Part shown: positions 54,305 through 63,093 of the stretch, one piece after another
Numbering within the stretch: the stretch's first letter is position 1
Layout of the letters: each line of letters begins with the position of its first letter
Virus record (IMG/VR): IMGVR_UViG_3300042544_000912
Coordinates: 66,899-130,898 of that record
Strand: one strand, 5' to 3'
Source of the DNA: a virus
Length of the DNA stretch: 64,000 bases
Made by a program: the position numbers and the translations under genes
Notes under the pieces: model-generated
What the model saw: only the letters and a program-made list of their open reading frames with translations
Database searches by the model: none
Told to the model about the DNA's origin: nothing

Positions 54305-54769
54305 TTGGAATCTTTGGAAACAAAAGTCGCGGTAATCGAACATGACCTGAAACAAATTCAGGTTGTGTTCAGCCGTCTTGACCTCGCCATCGAAAAGATT
54401 GGTGATGTTTCCAACTGCATCAATAAAATGCTTGCTGTTCACGACACTAAACTCGAAGCACAGGAATCAGTCAACGAAGATATCTACACGAGTTTAGAAG
54501 TGCATAGACAAGAAACCAAGGCAATTAACGCCGAGTTACATTCGCGTATCACAACAACCACTCGTGAACTCGAAGCAAAAATTCAATCTACGGAAGACAA
54601 GATGCTTGCGGCAATCAATGCGCTCAAAACTTCCGTGGATAAAGAAGAAGAAAAACATAAAAATCGTATTGACAAGTTGGAAAGAACGAAGTATATTATG
54701 ATAGGTGGCGGCGTTGTAATCGGCGCTATCATCACAAAAATATTACCGATGGTGATGAAGTTCTTCTAA
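54305..54769 (+). CDS. Coiled-coil protein with C-terminal TM helix
   Basis: Heptad pattern and terminal IMIGGGVVIGAII; TTG start. Confidence 0.6.
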   Translation: MESLETKVAVIEHDLKQIQVVFSRLDLAIEKIGDVSNCINKMLAVHDTKLEAQESVNEDIYTSLEVHRQETKAINAELHSRITTTTRELEAKIQSTEDKMLAAINALKTSVDKEEEKHKNRIDKLERTKYIMIGGGVVIGAIITKILPMVMKFF

Positions 54770-54774
54770 AAGGG

Positions 54775-54803
54775 TTGACTTACACCATGTAAAGGTGTAT
54801 AGT
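54775..54803 (+). promoter_or_regulatory. sigma70-type promoter TTGACT-17-TATAGT with palindromic spacer
   Basis: TACACC-N7-GGTGTA at 54781-54799. Confidence 0.7.
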
Positions 54804-54809
54804 GAATCT

Positions 54810-55850
54810 ATGAGTGCATATATTGATATTCAGTTTCTCCATGCCATTTCGTATCGCCTGGAGAACTTCAAGAAAAAATCTAATGATCTTTGGAACTGCA
54901 GGTGTCCCATCTGCGGTGACTCCTCGCGTAACAAAAGAAAAGCGCGGGGTTATTTCTTCTTGGGAAAGAATGACCTGAACTATAAGTGCCATAACTGTGG
55001 CGCATCTATGGGCTTCGGTAACTTTCTAAAGCAGTTTGATGACAATCAATATAAGCAGTATGTAATTCAGCGATATGCTGATACTGCTAAAGTCGGACCA
55101 GCAAAGTCACATAAGAAAATCCAAGACGTTCTAGATTTTTCTCCCCCGGTATTCACCAAGAAGCCTGACCCCAAACTTATCGACCAAATTATGGTTCGAC
55201 TCGACACACTACCAGATGACCATGAGGTAATTCAATATGTTACTGACCGCAAAATCCCTCGCGATGCTTTTAGTCGGCTGTATTTCATTCCTAATGTTAA
55301 AGACATCATACAACTTAATGCCAAATACAAAGAGTCCATCATTACCTCAGAGCCGCGCCTCGCGATTCCTTTTTTTGATGGCACTGGTAAACTCCTTGTT
55401 GTTAGCCTTCGCGGAATCCGAGGCGAGTCGTTACGTTATATTAATGTTAAGGTAGATGAAGATGCGCCTTCTATTTTTGGTTTGGATCAGGTCGATCCTA
55501 GCAAAGAAATTCTTGTCGTCGAAGGGCCGCTTGACTCCCTTTTTCTGGATAATTCTATTGCTTGTGCTGGAACATCATTCGGAAAAATCGACCAACTCCC
55601 GATACCAAAAGAAAAGATAACAATTATTTTCGATAATCAACCTAAAAACCGAGAAGTCGGTAAGTTGATGAATAAGTATATAGAGATGGGTTACAAGATG
55701 GTAATCTGGCCAGACAGTGTTCCCGGTAAAGATATTAATGAGATGATTGAAAATGGGTTGACTTCTGGTGAAATCCATAGTATTATAAATGATAATACTT
55801 TTCAAGGACTAGCAGCAAAGGCAAGATATGCCATGTGGAGAAAGATATGA
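54810..55850 (+). CDS. gp61: DNA primase gp61
   Basis: CRCPICGDS...CHNC zinc finger, VEGPLDSLF TOPRIM, FDNQP and KDINEM. Confidence 0.93.
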   Translation: MSAYIDIQFLHAISYRLENFKKKSNDLWNCRCPICGDSSRNKRKARGYFFLGKNDLNYKCHNCGASMGFGNFLKQFDDNQYKQYVIQRYADTAKVGPAKSHKKIQDVLDFSPPVFTKKPDPKLIDQIMVRLDTLPDDHEVIQYVTDRKIPRDAFSRLYFIPNVKDIIQLNAKYKESIITSEPRLAIPFFDGTGKLLVVSLRGIRGESLRYINVKVDEDAPSIFGLDQVDPSKEILVVEGPLDSLFLDNSIACAGTSFGKIDQLPIPKEKITIIFDNQPKNREVGKLMNKYIEMGYKMVIWPDSVPGKDINEMIENGLTSGEIHSIINDNTFQGLAAKARYAMWRKI

Positions 55851-56113
55851 GCGAATTGGTCGCGAATGAATATGGAATAGAGTTTGACCATATTCGTATT
55901 ACAAAGTTACGTATACATCGCACAGACGGTAAGTGGCTTGTAGAATATCGTAGAGAGCCTCGCTGGCTCCTAGGTCTAGATCGCTGGTGGTGGTTCGATG
56001 ACGGTACATACATTGATTATGCAGATGCCTCTGCTAGAGTAGACCATCTATTGGGTATTGGTTTCGTAAGTAAGACACAGTTCCAGACAGTCAAGGAGTT
56101 TGAAGTTGAGTGA
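55847..56113 (+). CDS. Hypothetical protein
   Basis: ORF fills the gap between primase and thyX; SD GGAG. Confidence 0.55.
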   Translation: MSELVANEYGIEFDHIRITKLRIHRTDGKWLVEYRREPRWLLGLDRWWWFDDGTYIDYADASARVDHLLGIGFVSKTQFQTVKEFEVE

Positions 56114-56807
56114 AGTAAATTTAATTGGTATTACTGAACCAAATATGGATTATACAGGATGTATGACAGCAAACGAGTTGGTTGCTTGGGCTGCACGGGT
56201 CTCAAATCCATCTAATCAGAACAACACTGCTACTGCACCAAAACTAGTGCAATATCTTATCAAGAACCAACATTGGTCACCTTTGGAGATGGTCCATGTT
56301 TCTATGGAAATTAAAACAACTCGTGATATCGCTCGGCAAATTCTACGCCATCGCTCCTTTGCATTCCAGGAATACTCTCAGCGTTACGCCGATCCAACTA
56401 AGGACCTCGGGTTCGTAACTAGAGAGGCGCGGCTTCAAGATGCCAAGAACAGACAAAACTCTGTAGAGGTTGATGATGAAGAGTTGAATAATAACTGGAT
56501 GAGTGTCCAGGATGATGTTCAAAATACTGCAATTCTAGCCTATAATTGGGCTATTAAGAACGGAATTGCCAAAGAACAAGCCCGCGCAGTTCTGCCCGAG
56601 GGTATGACCGAATCGACCATCATCATGGCAGGTTCTCTACGTTCGTGGGTTCACTATTGCCAGTTGCGTATGGATAAGGCAACGCAAAAGGAACACCGTA
56701 TCGTTGCTGAACAGTGTTGGTTTTTCATTAGTCAACACTTCCCCGATGTAGCCAAGGCACTAGATGATATGGCAGCACAGGCAGAGTTCGAAAGAAAACT
56801 ACCTTGA
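56100..56807 (+). CDS. thyX: Flavin-dependent thymidylate synthase
   Basis: HWSPLE, RQILRHRSFAFQEYSQRY signature, EQARAVLP and QKEHR; true start may be TTG 56106. Confidence 0.95.
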   Translation: MKLSEVNLIGITEPNMDYTGCMTANELVAWAARVSNPSNQNNTATAPKLVQYLIKNQHWSPLEMVHVSMEIKTTRDIARQILRHRSFAFQEYSQRYADPTKDLGFVTREARLQDAKNRQNSVEVDDEELNNNWMSVQDDVQNTAILAYNWAIKNGIAKEQARAVLPEGMTESTIIMAGSLRSWVHYCQLRMDKATQKEHRIVAEQCWFFISQHFPDVAKALDDMAAQAEFERKLP

Positions 56808-56890
56808 CCAAAAAGCCAGGCACTTTTGAAAAACGGCAAGTCGCCTTTTTTTCGCGCCAATTTTTCGTGTTTAAAAAGTCGGGAAGATAA

Positions 56891-57736
56891 ATGAAAGTTC
56901 TAGTTACCGGTGCAACCGGCTATATTGGTAGTCATCTGGTCAAGAAGTTGGCAGAAGGCGGCCATGATGTTTTTGCAACAGATTTTAATCTGAAACAGAA
57001 TGACATTTCGAAGTATATCGTAGGTGACGTAATTCCATGGGATATCAGAATTCCTACGTTTATCGGAAACTATGATGCCATCGTTCATCTGGCTGCATTG
57101 ACGATGGTATCACGTTCTGTAACCATGCCTATTCCTTATTATAAGACAAATCTTTTCGGTACTCAAACCGTTCTAGATGCCACAAGAACAGATAATTTTA
57201 TTTACTGTAGCACAGGTTCTGCATTTAATCCTGGTAGTAGTCCATATGCAGGAAGTAAACGAGCCGGTGAAGACTTAGTTACATTACTTCCGTCTTATAG
57301 TATTGCTAGATTTTATAATGTCAGTGGTAACGACGGTTTCGACAAATTCGATGATAGTCACTATCACTTAATTCGCAAACTGGCCGCAGTTGCTAATGGT
57401 CTATATCCAGAAATCGGTATCTATGGCACTGATTATGATACTAGAGATGGTACTACTATTCGTAACTATACGCATATTACAGATATTGTAGATTCTCTCT
57501 ATAGAATAGTAGAGAATGGTCCAACAAATAATGTAGAATGTCTGGGTAGCACTACTGGGAGTTCTGTGTTAGAAGTTGTATCTGCCATGGAAAATGTTAT
57601 TGACAAACCCATCAATAAAGTGTATTGTGATAGAAGACCTGGAGAAGTAGTGGTTTCTGTTCTACCAGAGGTAAGCAAGTTTTTCACTGAAACTAAATCG
57701 TTAGAAGATATTTGTAAATCTGCTTTGGAGTATTAA
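56891..57736 (+). CDS. NAD-dependent epimerase/dehydratase (GalE-like extended SDR)
   Basis: GATGYIGS, HLAA, YAGSK (YxxxK), RFYNV, GTTIRNYTHI and RRPG. Confidence 0.88.
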   Translation: MKVLVTGATGYIGSHLVKKLAEGGHDVFATDFNLKQNDISKYIVGDVIPWDIRIPTFIGNYDAIVHLAALTMVSRSVTMPIPYYKTNLFGTQTVLDATRTDNFIYCSTGSAFNPGSSPYAGSKRAGEDLVTLLPSYSIARFYNVSGNDGFDKFDDSHYHLIRKLAAVANGLYPEIGIYGTDYDTRDGTTIRNYTHITDIVDSLYRIVENGPTNNVECLGSTTGSSVLEVVSAMENVIDKPINKVYCDRRPGEVVVSVLPEVSKFFTETKSLEDICKSALEY

Positions 57737-57737
57737 A

Positions 57738-58280
57738 ATGGTAGACACAGTAAAAGTGCAGTATGATGCAGTTTCAGACGAACATTATATTGCCTGGGAT
57801 GGACTCGAGGAAGAAACAGGGTGGAAGCCCGGTGATACAATAATTTGGATAGAAAATGAAGATGGGAGTTATACGTTGACTAAGAAGAATAATAATTATC
57901 AGAATGATGTTGAACAGTTTATGGCCGCAGCCGACCAGTATATCGGCGCTACTCCGCATCTAAATGAAAATAACGAGGCTCAAGCCAAGCTATATATTGA
58001 TCTAATTGATGAAGAATTCCGTGAACTTTGTGATGGATTTCTTCGTCGCCACATCGGAGATGTTGCAGACGGTGGCGCCGACCTAGTATGGGTCGTTAAG
58101 GGATTGTTTACCACACTGGGCATTAACTTTGATGCTGTATGGGAAGAAGTCCGTGCGTCTAATATGAGTAAGGTTTCCGAGGGTGGAAAGATTAAGAAGC
58201 GGGCCGACGGTAAGATTCTCAAGCCAGATACTTACTTTAAGCCGAACATTGAAAAAGTTTTAAAGGATCAGGGTCTATAA
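57738..58280 (+). CDS. MazG-like NTP pyrophosphohydrolase with extra N-terminal domain
   Basis: EEFREL, DVADGGADL, SNMSK and DGKILKP; N-terminal GWKPGDTIIW AbrB-like segment. Confidence 0.75.
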   Translation: MVDTVKVQYDAVSDEHYIAWDGLEEETGWKPGDTIIWIENEDGSYTLTKKNNNYQNDVEQFMAAADQYIGATPHLNENNEAQAKLYIDLIDEEFRELCDGFLRRHIGDVADGGADLVWVVKGLFTTLGINFDAVWEEVRASNMSKVSEGGKIKKRADGKILKPDTYFKPNIEKVLKDQGL

Positions 58281-60080
58281 ATGGCAAAAGAAAACTATCT
58301 CGGAATTGAAATTGATTTATCACGCGACAACCTGTTTGATAAGCTAGGTATTCAGCGGCTGCAGGAATCGTATATGCGAGATGATGAGACATCTCCGCAG
58401 CATAGGTTTGCTTTTGTATCAAAGACTTTTGGTTCTAATCCAGAACATGCCCAGCGCCTGTATGAGTATGCGTCAAAGCACTGGCTTTCATATGCAACTC
58501 CCATTCTTTCGTTTGGTCGCTCCAAGCGTGGAATGCCCATTAGTTGCTTCTTAAACTTCATTGACGATACTGCGGAGGGACTAGTTGACAATCTTTCAGA
58601 AACCAATTGGCTGTCTATGCTTGGGGGTGGCGTTGGTATTGGTTTTGGCATTCGCGCCGCAGATGATAAGTCTACTGGCGTTATGCCTCATCTTCGCACT
58701 TATGATGCTTCTAGTATGGCTTACCGTCAAGGTCGCACTCGCCGTGGGTCTTATGCTGCTTATCTGGATATTTCTCACCCTGATGTTGGGTTATTTCTAG
58801 AGATGAGAAAGCCTACGGGTGACCCGAATATGCGGGCGCTCAATTTGCACCACGGAATCAACATTACCGACGATTTCATGCAAATCATCGAACGTTGTAT
58901 GGCAGACGGTGATGCCGATGATAGTTGGAATCTAACAGACCCTAAATCGGGCGAAGTTCGTGATACTGTTTCTGCTAAGGAACTTTGGCAGAAGATTCTC
59001 GAATTGCGTATGATGACTGGTGAGCCATATATTCACTTCATCGATACTTCAAATCGTGCAATGCCAGATTTCCAGAAGGCGTTGGGTCTAAAGATTCATC
59101 AATCGAATCTTTGTTCGGAAATCATTCTTCCTACTGATAGAAAGCGCACGGCTGTTTGCTGTCTGTCCTCTGTCAACTTGGAATACTATGATGCATGGTC
59201 GAAAGACTCGCTGTTCTTGAAAGACATGGCAGAAATGCTAGACAACGTTCTACAGTATTTCATTGACAACGCGCCTAAGCAAGTTGCCAGAGCAATCTAC
59301 TCAGCCAAGCGTGAACGTTCTATTGGTATTGGTGCGTTAGGCTTCCATGCTTATCTGCAACGTAAGAAGATTGCATGGGAATCGGCTGTTGCTAAGGGTA
59401 CCAATATGCGTATCTTTAAGCATATCAAGAACCGCCTAGATGCTGCGAACCTAGAACTTGGCGCAGAACGAGGCGAGGCACCAGATGCTGCTGGCACAGG
59501 TCGTCGTTTCTCACATATGCAGGCAATTGCACCAAACGCATCGTCGTCAATCATCATGGGCAATACCAGTCCATCGATTGAACCATGGAGAGCAAACGCA
59601 TATCGTCAAGATACATTATCTGGTTCATTCCTTAATAAGAATAAATACCTCGACTTTATTATCAATATAGAAGCTGCAAATCACAAAGATGGTTGGTATG
59701 ATGAGACTTGGTCTTCGATTATCGCCAACGACGGTTCTGTGCAGCATCTTACATGGATGGACGCAATAACCAAAGAAGTGTTTAAAACTTCTATGGAAAT
59801 TGACCAACGGTGGGTCATTGAACATGCGGCAGACAGACAGAAGTTTATTGACCAGGCACAGTCCCTCAATCTATTCTTCCGTCCCGATGCAAATATCAAA
59901 TATCTACATGCGGTACATTATCTCGCATGGAAACAGGGTCTAAAAACGCTATATTACTGCCGCTCTGAGAAGATTGGTAAGGCAGATAAGGTATCGAAGC
60001 GCATTGAACGAGAAGCGATTAAAGAAATCGACTTCAAGGCAATGATTGACGGCGATGCCTGTATAGCTTGCGAAGGGTAA
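58281..60080 (+). CDS. nrdA: Ribonucleotide reductase class Ia alpha subunit (short, no ATP cone)
   Basis: ISCF, SNLCSEI, AVCCLSS, IAPNASS, TLYYCR and C-terminal CIACEG. Confidence 0.95.
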   Translation: MAKENYLGIEIDLSRDNLFDKLGIQRLQESYMRDDETSPQHRFAFVSKTFGSNPEHAQRLYEYASKHWLSYATPILSFGRSKRGMPISCFLNFIDDTAEGLVDNLSETNWLSMLGGGVGIGFGIRAADDKSTGVMPHLRTYDASSMAYRQGRTRRGSYAAYLDISHPDVGLFLEMRKPTGDPNMRALNLHHGINITDDFMQIIERCMADGDADDSWNLTDPKSGEVRDTVSAKELWQKILELRMMTGEPYIHFIDTSNRAMPDFQKALGLKIHQSNLCSEIILPTDRKRTAVCCLSSVNLEYYDAWSKDSLFLKDMAEMLDNVLQYFIDNAPKQVARAIYSAKRERSIGIGALGFHAYLQRKKIAWESAVAKGTNMRIFKHIKNRLDAANLELGAERGEAPDAAGTGRRFSHMQAIAPNASSSIIMGNTSPSIEPWRANAYRQDTLSGSFLNKNKYLDFIINIEAANHKDGWYDETWSSIIANDGSVQHLTWMDAITKEVFKTSMEIDQRWVIEHAADRQKFIDQAQSLNLFFRPDANIKYLHAVHYLAWKQGLKTLYYCRSEKIGKADKVSKRIEREAIKEIDFKAMIDGDACIACEG

Positions 60081-60084
60081 ACGA

Positions 60085-60321
60085 ATGACACAATATTTTG
60101 CACAAATAGTATCAAAACCAGATTGCCCGTATTGCGTAAAAGCAAAAGAGTTCATGGTAGGCATGGATATTAAATACACTGAAATGGTAGTTGGAGTTGA
60201 CTGCCTTTGGGAAGACATCACCGCACAACTTCCTAATGTGACTACTGTTCCCCAGATTTGGGTCAACGGTGAACATGTTGGTGGTTATGACGAACTAATC
60301 AAATGGGCAGCGGAGGTATAA
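60085..60321 (+). CDS. Glutaredoxin
   Basis: CPYC, TVPQIW and HVGGYDEL. Confidence 0.92.
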   Translation: MTQYFAQIVSKPDCPYCVKAKEFMVGMDIKYTEMVVGVDCLWEDITAQLPNVTTVPQIWVNGEHVGGYDELIKWAAEV

Positions 60322-61295
60322 TGTCTAATCTTTTAAGCGAACGTTCTTATTTTAAACCCTTTAATTATCCATGGGCGTATGATGCCTGGTTGAAGCATGA
60401 ACAGTCACACTGGCTTCATACCGAAGTCCCAATGATTGAAGATGTTAACGATTGGAAGAAGCGCCTCACCGATGGTGAAAAGCACTTCCTCACAAATATT
60501 TTCCGTTTCTTTACACAAGGTGATATCGATGTTGCGGGTGGTTATGTAAAGAATTATCTACCGTATTTCCCTCAGCCAGAAATCCGTATGATGCTGATGG
60601 GCTTTGCAGCAAGGGAGGCTCTCCATGTGGCAGCCTATTCGCACCTTATTGAAACGCTTGGGATGCCAGAGTCAACGTATCAAGAATTCCTTGAATACGA
60701 CTCAATGCGGGCCAAGCACGACTACTTTACAGATTTGTCGAATTCAAATGGAACGCCTGAATCCGTCGCGACCAATATCGCCGCGTTTAGTGCATTCACT
60801 GAGGGTATGCAACTGTTCTCGTCCTTCATCATGCTCCTCAACTTCCCTCGTCACGGAAAGATGAAGGGTATGGGACAGATTGTTACTTGGTCGATTGTTG
60901 ATGAAACGCAACATGCCGAGTCGATGATTAAGTTGTTCCGTGCATATGTTGAAGAGAATAGAGATATCTGGAACGATGAATTGAAGTCCAGCATCTATAC
61001 CATCGCAGAAAAGATGGTCGAACTTGAAGATAAGTTTATTGAACTTTCATTCTCTATGGGAGAAATGGAAGACCTTACTCAAGAAGATGTTAAGAAATAT
61101 ATTCGCTATATTTGTGACCGCCGACTAATTAGCCTCGGTATGAAGGGCATTTTTAAAGTCAAGAAAAATCCACTGCCTTGGGTCGAAGAAATGATTAATG
61201 CCCCGACCCACACCAACTTCTTTGAAAATAGAGCTACTGACTATGCGAAGGGTGCCTTATCCGGCAGTTGGGAAAACGTTTGGGGAACTGCATAG
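60321..61295 (+). CDS. nrdB: Ribonucleotide reductase class Ia beta subunit
   Basis: FFTQGD, EALH, EGMQLFSSF, DETQH and NFFENR; ATG 60321 preferred. Confidence 0.95.
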   Translation: MSNLLSERSYFKPFNYPWAYDAWLKHEQSHWLHTEVPMIEDVNDWKKRLTDGEKHFLTNIFRFFTQGDIDVAGGYVKNYLPYFPQPEIRMMLMGFAAREALHVAAYSHLIETLGMPESTYQEFLEYDSMRAKHDYFTDLSNSNGTPESVATNIAAFSAFTEGMQLFSSFIMLLNFPRHGKMKGMGQIVTWSIVDETQHAESMIKLFRAYVEENRDIWNDELKSSIYTIAEKMVELEDKFIELSFSMGEMEDLTQEDVKKYIRYICDRRLISLGMKGIFKVKKNPLPWVEEMINAPTHTNFFENRATDYAKGALSGSWENVWGTA

Positions 61296-61447
61296 TGGAA
61301 GAACAAGAATGTTTTTCATGTGATGCCGTGTTTTTGGTAGAACATGAATTAGATGAAGAATACTACAAAACTAAATTTTGTCCGTTTTGTGGCACTAAGA
61401 TAGCCGAAGAAGACCTCGACTGGAATGACTGGGACGAGGACGAATAA
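61295..61447 (+). CDS. 50-aa zinc-ribbon protein with acidic tail (not in the ORF track)
   Basis: MEEQECFSCDAVF...FCPFCGTKIAEEDLDWNDWDEDE; GTG start overlapping the nrdB stop. Confidence 0.7.
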   Translation: MEEQECFSCDAVFLVEHELDEEYYKTKFCPFCGTKIAEEDLDWNDWDEDE

Positions 61448-61472
61448 ATAGTTCACACGTTGGAGTGAACTA

Positions 61473-61826
61473 ATGGTTATTAAAAAGAAGAAGCCGTCGC
61501 CAAAGAAAGTGCATAGAGTCTATTGCACCTACTTTGACGACGGTAAATACTATATTGGTTACTCATGTAAGACTGATAAACTATTTGAAAAATATTTCGG
61601 TAGTTCTTCTTATGTGACTAATTATGAAGGCGAAATGCGTAAAGAAGTTGTTGCTGAATATGGGAGCAAATCTCACGCAAAAGCAGTTGAACATATTCTA
61701 CAGTGGGAATATCGGTTTGATGACCGATGCATCAATGACATGTGGAATGTTCGACTACGACTATCGCACTTGAAAGAATTAAAGTTGCCAGACTGGAGAC
61801 CAGGATGTTTTTCGCCGCCCTCTTAA
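61473..61826 (+). CDS. Small GIY-YIG-like nuclease
   Basis: RVYCTYFDDGKYYIGYS, YFGSS, conserved E and N. Confidence 0.65.
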   Translation: MVIKKKKPSPKKVHRVYCTYFDDGKYYIGYSCKTDKLFEKYFGSSSYVTNYEGEMRKEVVAEYGSKSHAKAVEHILQWEYRFDDRCINDMWNVRLRLSHLKELKLPDWRPGCFSPPS

Positions 61827-62776
61827 TGCTAGTAGCCCTAGCTATTACAGGTGTAGCTGGCTACTTTTCGATTTTGGGATTGATGGCTATCTTTCCTGCA
61901 TCACCTATCGCAGTAGCTGCCATGGGTGTTGTCTTAGAACTGGCCAAACTTGTCACGGCAAGCTGGGTGTATCGCAATTGGAAAACAGCAAATCGATTGC
62001 TGAAAACCTATTTTACGATGGCAGTCATTGTCCTATCGTTCATTACAAGTATGGGCGTATTTGGTTATCTAAGTAAAGCACATATCGAACACACCACTGT
62101 TGGTGGTTCAACGCAAATACAAATTGCACAACTAGAAAGTCAGAAGACTTCGGCAGAAAGGAAACTAAAGAATGCACAAACATCTTTGGATACTTTGGAC
62201 CGACTTGCTTCTGGGGAAAATATCCTCGATGCTAACTTCATTAGAAATCGACAAAAGAGGGAACGTGCGGCACTCAATAAAGAAATTGAGGGTGCGACTA
62301 CAGACATTCAGGCTATTGAGACTAATCTCATACCGCTCAAAACAGAAACGCTCAAACTCGAAGCGGAAGTAGGGCCAATTAAATATGTAGCGGAACTGTT
62401 CTACGGTAGTGGTGATAACGCCACTATCGATAAGGCCGTTCGTATGATGATTATCATTCTTATCTTTGTTTTCGACCCATTGGCAATTCTTTTAATAATT
62501 GCAGCAAATATGACATTTTTAGGGTTGACAAAACGAGAAGAATCAGATACAATGGTTATTGTCCCTGTTGAAGTTAATGAACAGAAAGCTCCAGTCGAGA
62601 CACCAAAAGCTAAGAAAATACGTAAGAAGAAACCTAAAGCTCCCACACCAGAAGTTCCTGACTTCTTTAAGTTTGAGAAACATGGTTCTACTCACGATGT
62701 TCCGATGCCAGATCCTCCTCGCCGAAATGCAAGGGGTCAAATTATAGTTGATGAAAAAAATATTAGGAGAATGTGA
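61805..62776 (+). CDS. Multi-TM coiled-coil membrane protein
   Basis: Three N-terminal TM helices, coiled coil, EVGPIKY, IFVFDPLAILL; ATG 61805 with SD AGG. Confidence 0.7.
   Translation: MFFAALLMLVALAITGVAGYFSILGLMAIFPASPIAVAAMGVVLELAKLVTASWVYRNWKTANRLLKTYFTMAVIVLSFITSMGVFGYLSKAHIEHTTVGGSTQIQIAQLESQKTSAERKLKNAQTSLDTLDRLASGENILDANFIRNRQKRERAALNKEIEGATTDIQAIETNLIPLKTETLKLEAEVGPIKYVAELFYGSGDNATIDKAVRMMIIILIFVFDPLAILLIIAANMTFLGLTKREESDTMVIVPVEVNEQKAPVETPKAKKIRKKKPKAPTPEVPDFFKFEKHGSTHDVPMPDPPRRNARGQIIVDEKNIRRM
62525..62553 (+). promoter_or_regulatory. sigma70-type promoter TTGACA-17-TACAAT with GAATC in the spacer
   Basis: Inside the membrane gene; GAATC at 62540-62544. Confidence 0.65.
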
Positions 62777-62777
62777 A

Positions 62778-63044
62778 ATGATGACCGACGTTGAAGCAAT
62801 GCGCGAAGACCTTAAGAATAATCTTCGTGCTAAGATTGGCACTGTTACCTTTACTAAGGCTAATGGTGATGAACGTATTATGCGCTGCACTCTACAGGAA
62901 TCTATGCTTCCCAAGCAGACCGAACTAGAAGAAGCCGTTCAGAAAAAGGGTTCTACTGATTCGCTAGCCGTATGGGATTTAGAGAAGAATGCTTGGCGTT
63001 CTTTTCGCTATGATACTGTAATTTCAGTGAAATTTGAGGGTTGA
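62778..63044 (+). CDS. DUF2693/WYL-like SH3-type small protein
   Basis: VTFTKANGDERIMRCTL and VWDLEKNAWRSFR; SD AGGAG. Confidence 0.7.
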   Translation: MMTDVEAMREDLKNNLRAKIGTVTFTKANGDERIMRCTLQESMLPKQTELEEAVQKKGSTDSLAVWDLEKNAWRSFRYDTVISVKFEG

Positions 63045-63069
63045 CAAATACCTTGATATATCGTATAAT
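63041..63069 (+). promoter_or_regulatory. Consensus sigma70 promoter TTGACA-17-TATAAT
   Basis: Perfect -35/-10 upstream of ATG 63094. Confidence 0.85.
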
Positions 63070-63093
63070 GAGATATATTGACAAGGAGTGATT

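Noticed and set aside
56609-56615. CGAATCG inside thyX and similar GANTC sites in coding regions (e.g. in gp43)
   Set aside because: Not associated with -35/-10 pairs; expected as background
61473-61826. Mobile intron or intein-associated homing endonuclease at nrdB
   Set aside because: nrdA, nrdB, gp43, gp17 and gp41 are uninterrupted and of normal length; the GIY-YIG-like ORF is short, free-standing and lacks an obvious DNA-binding tail
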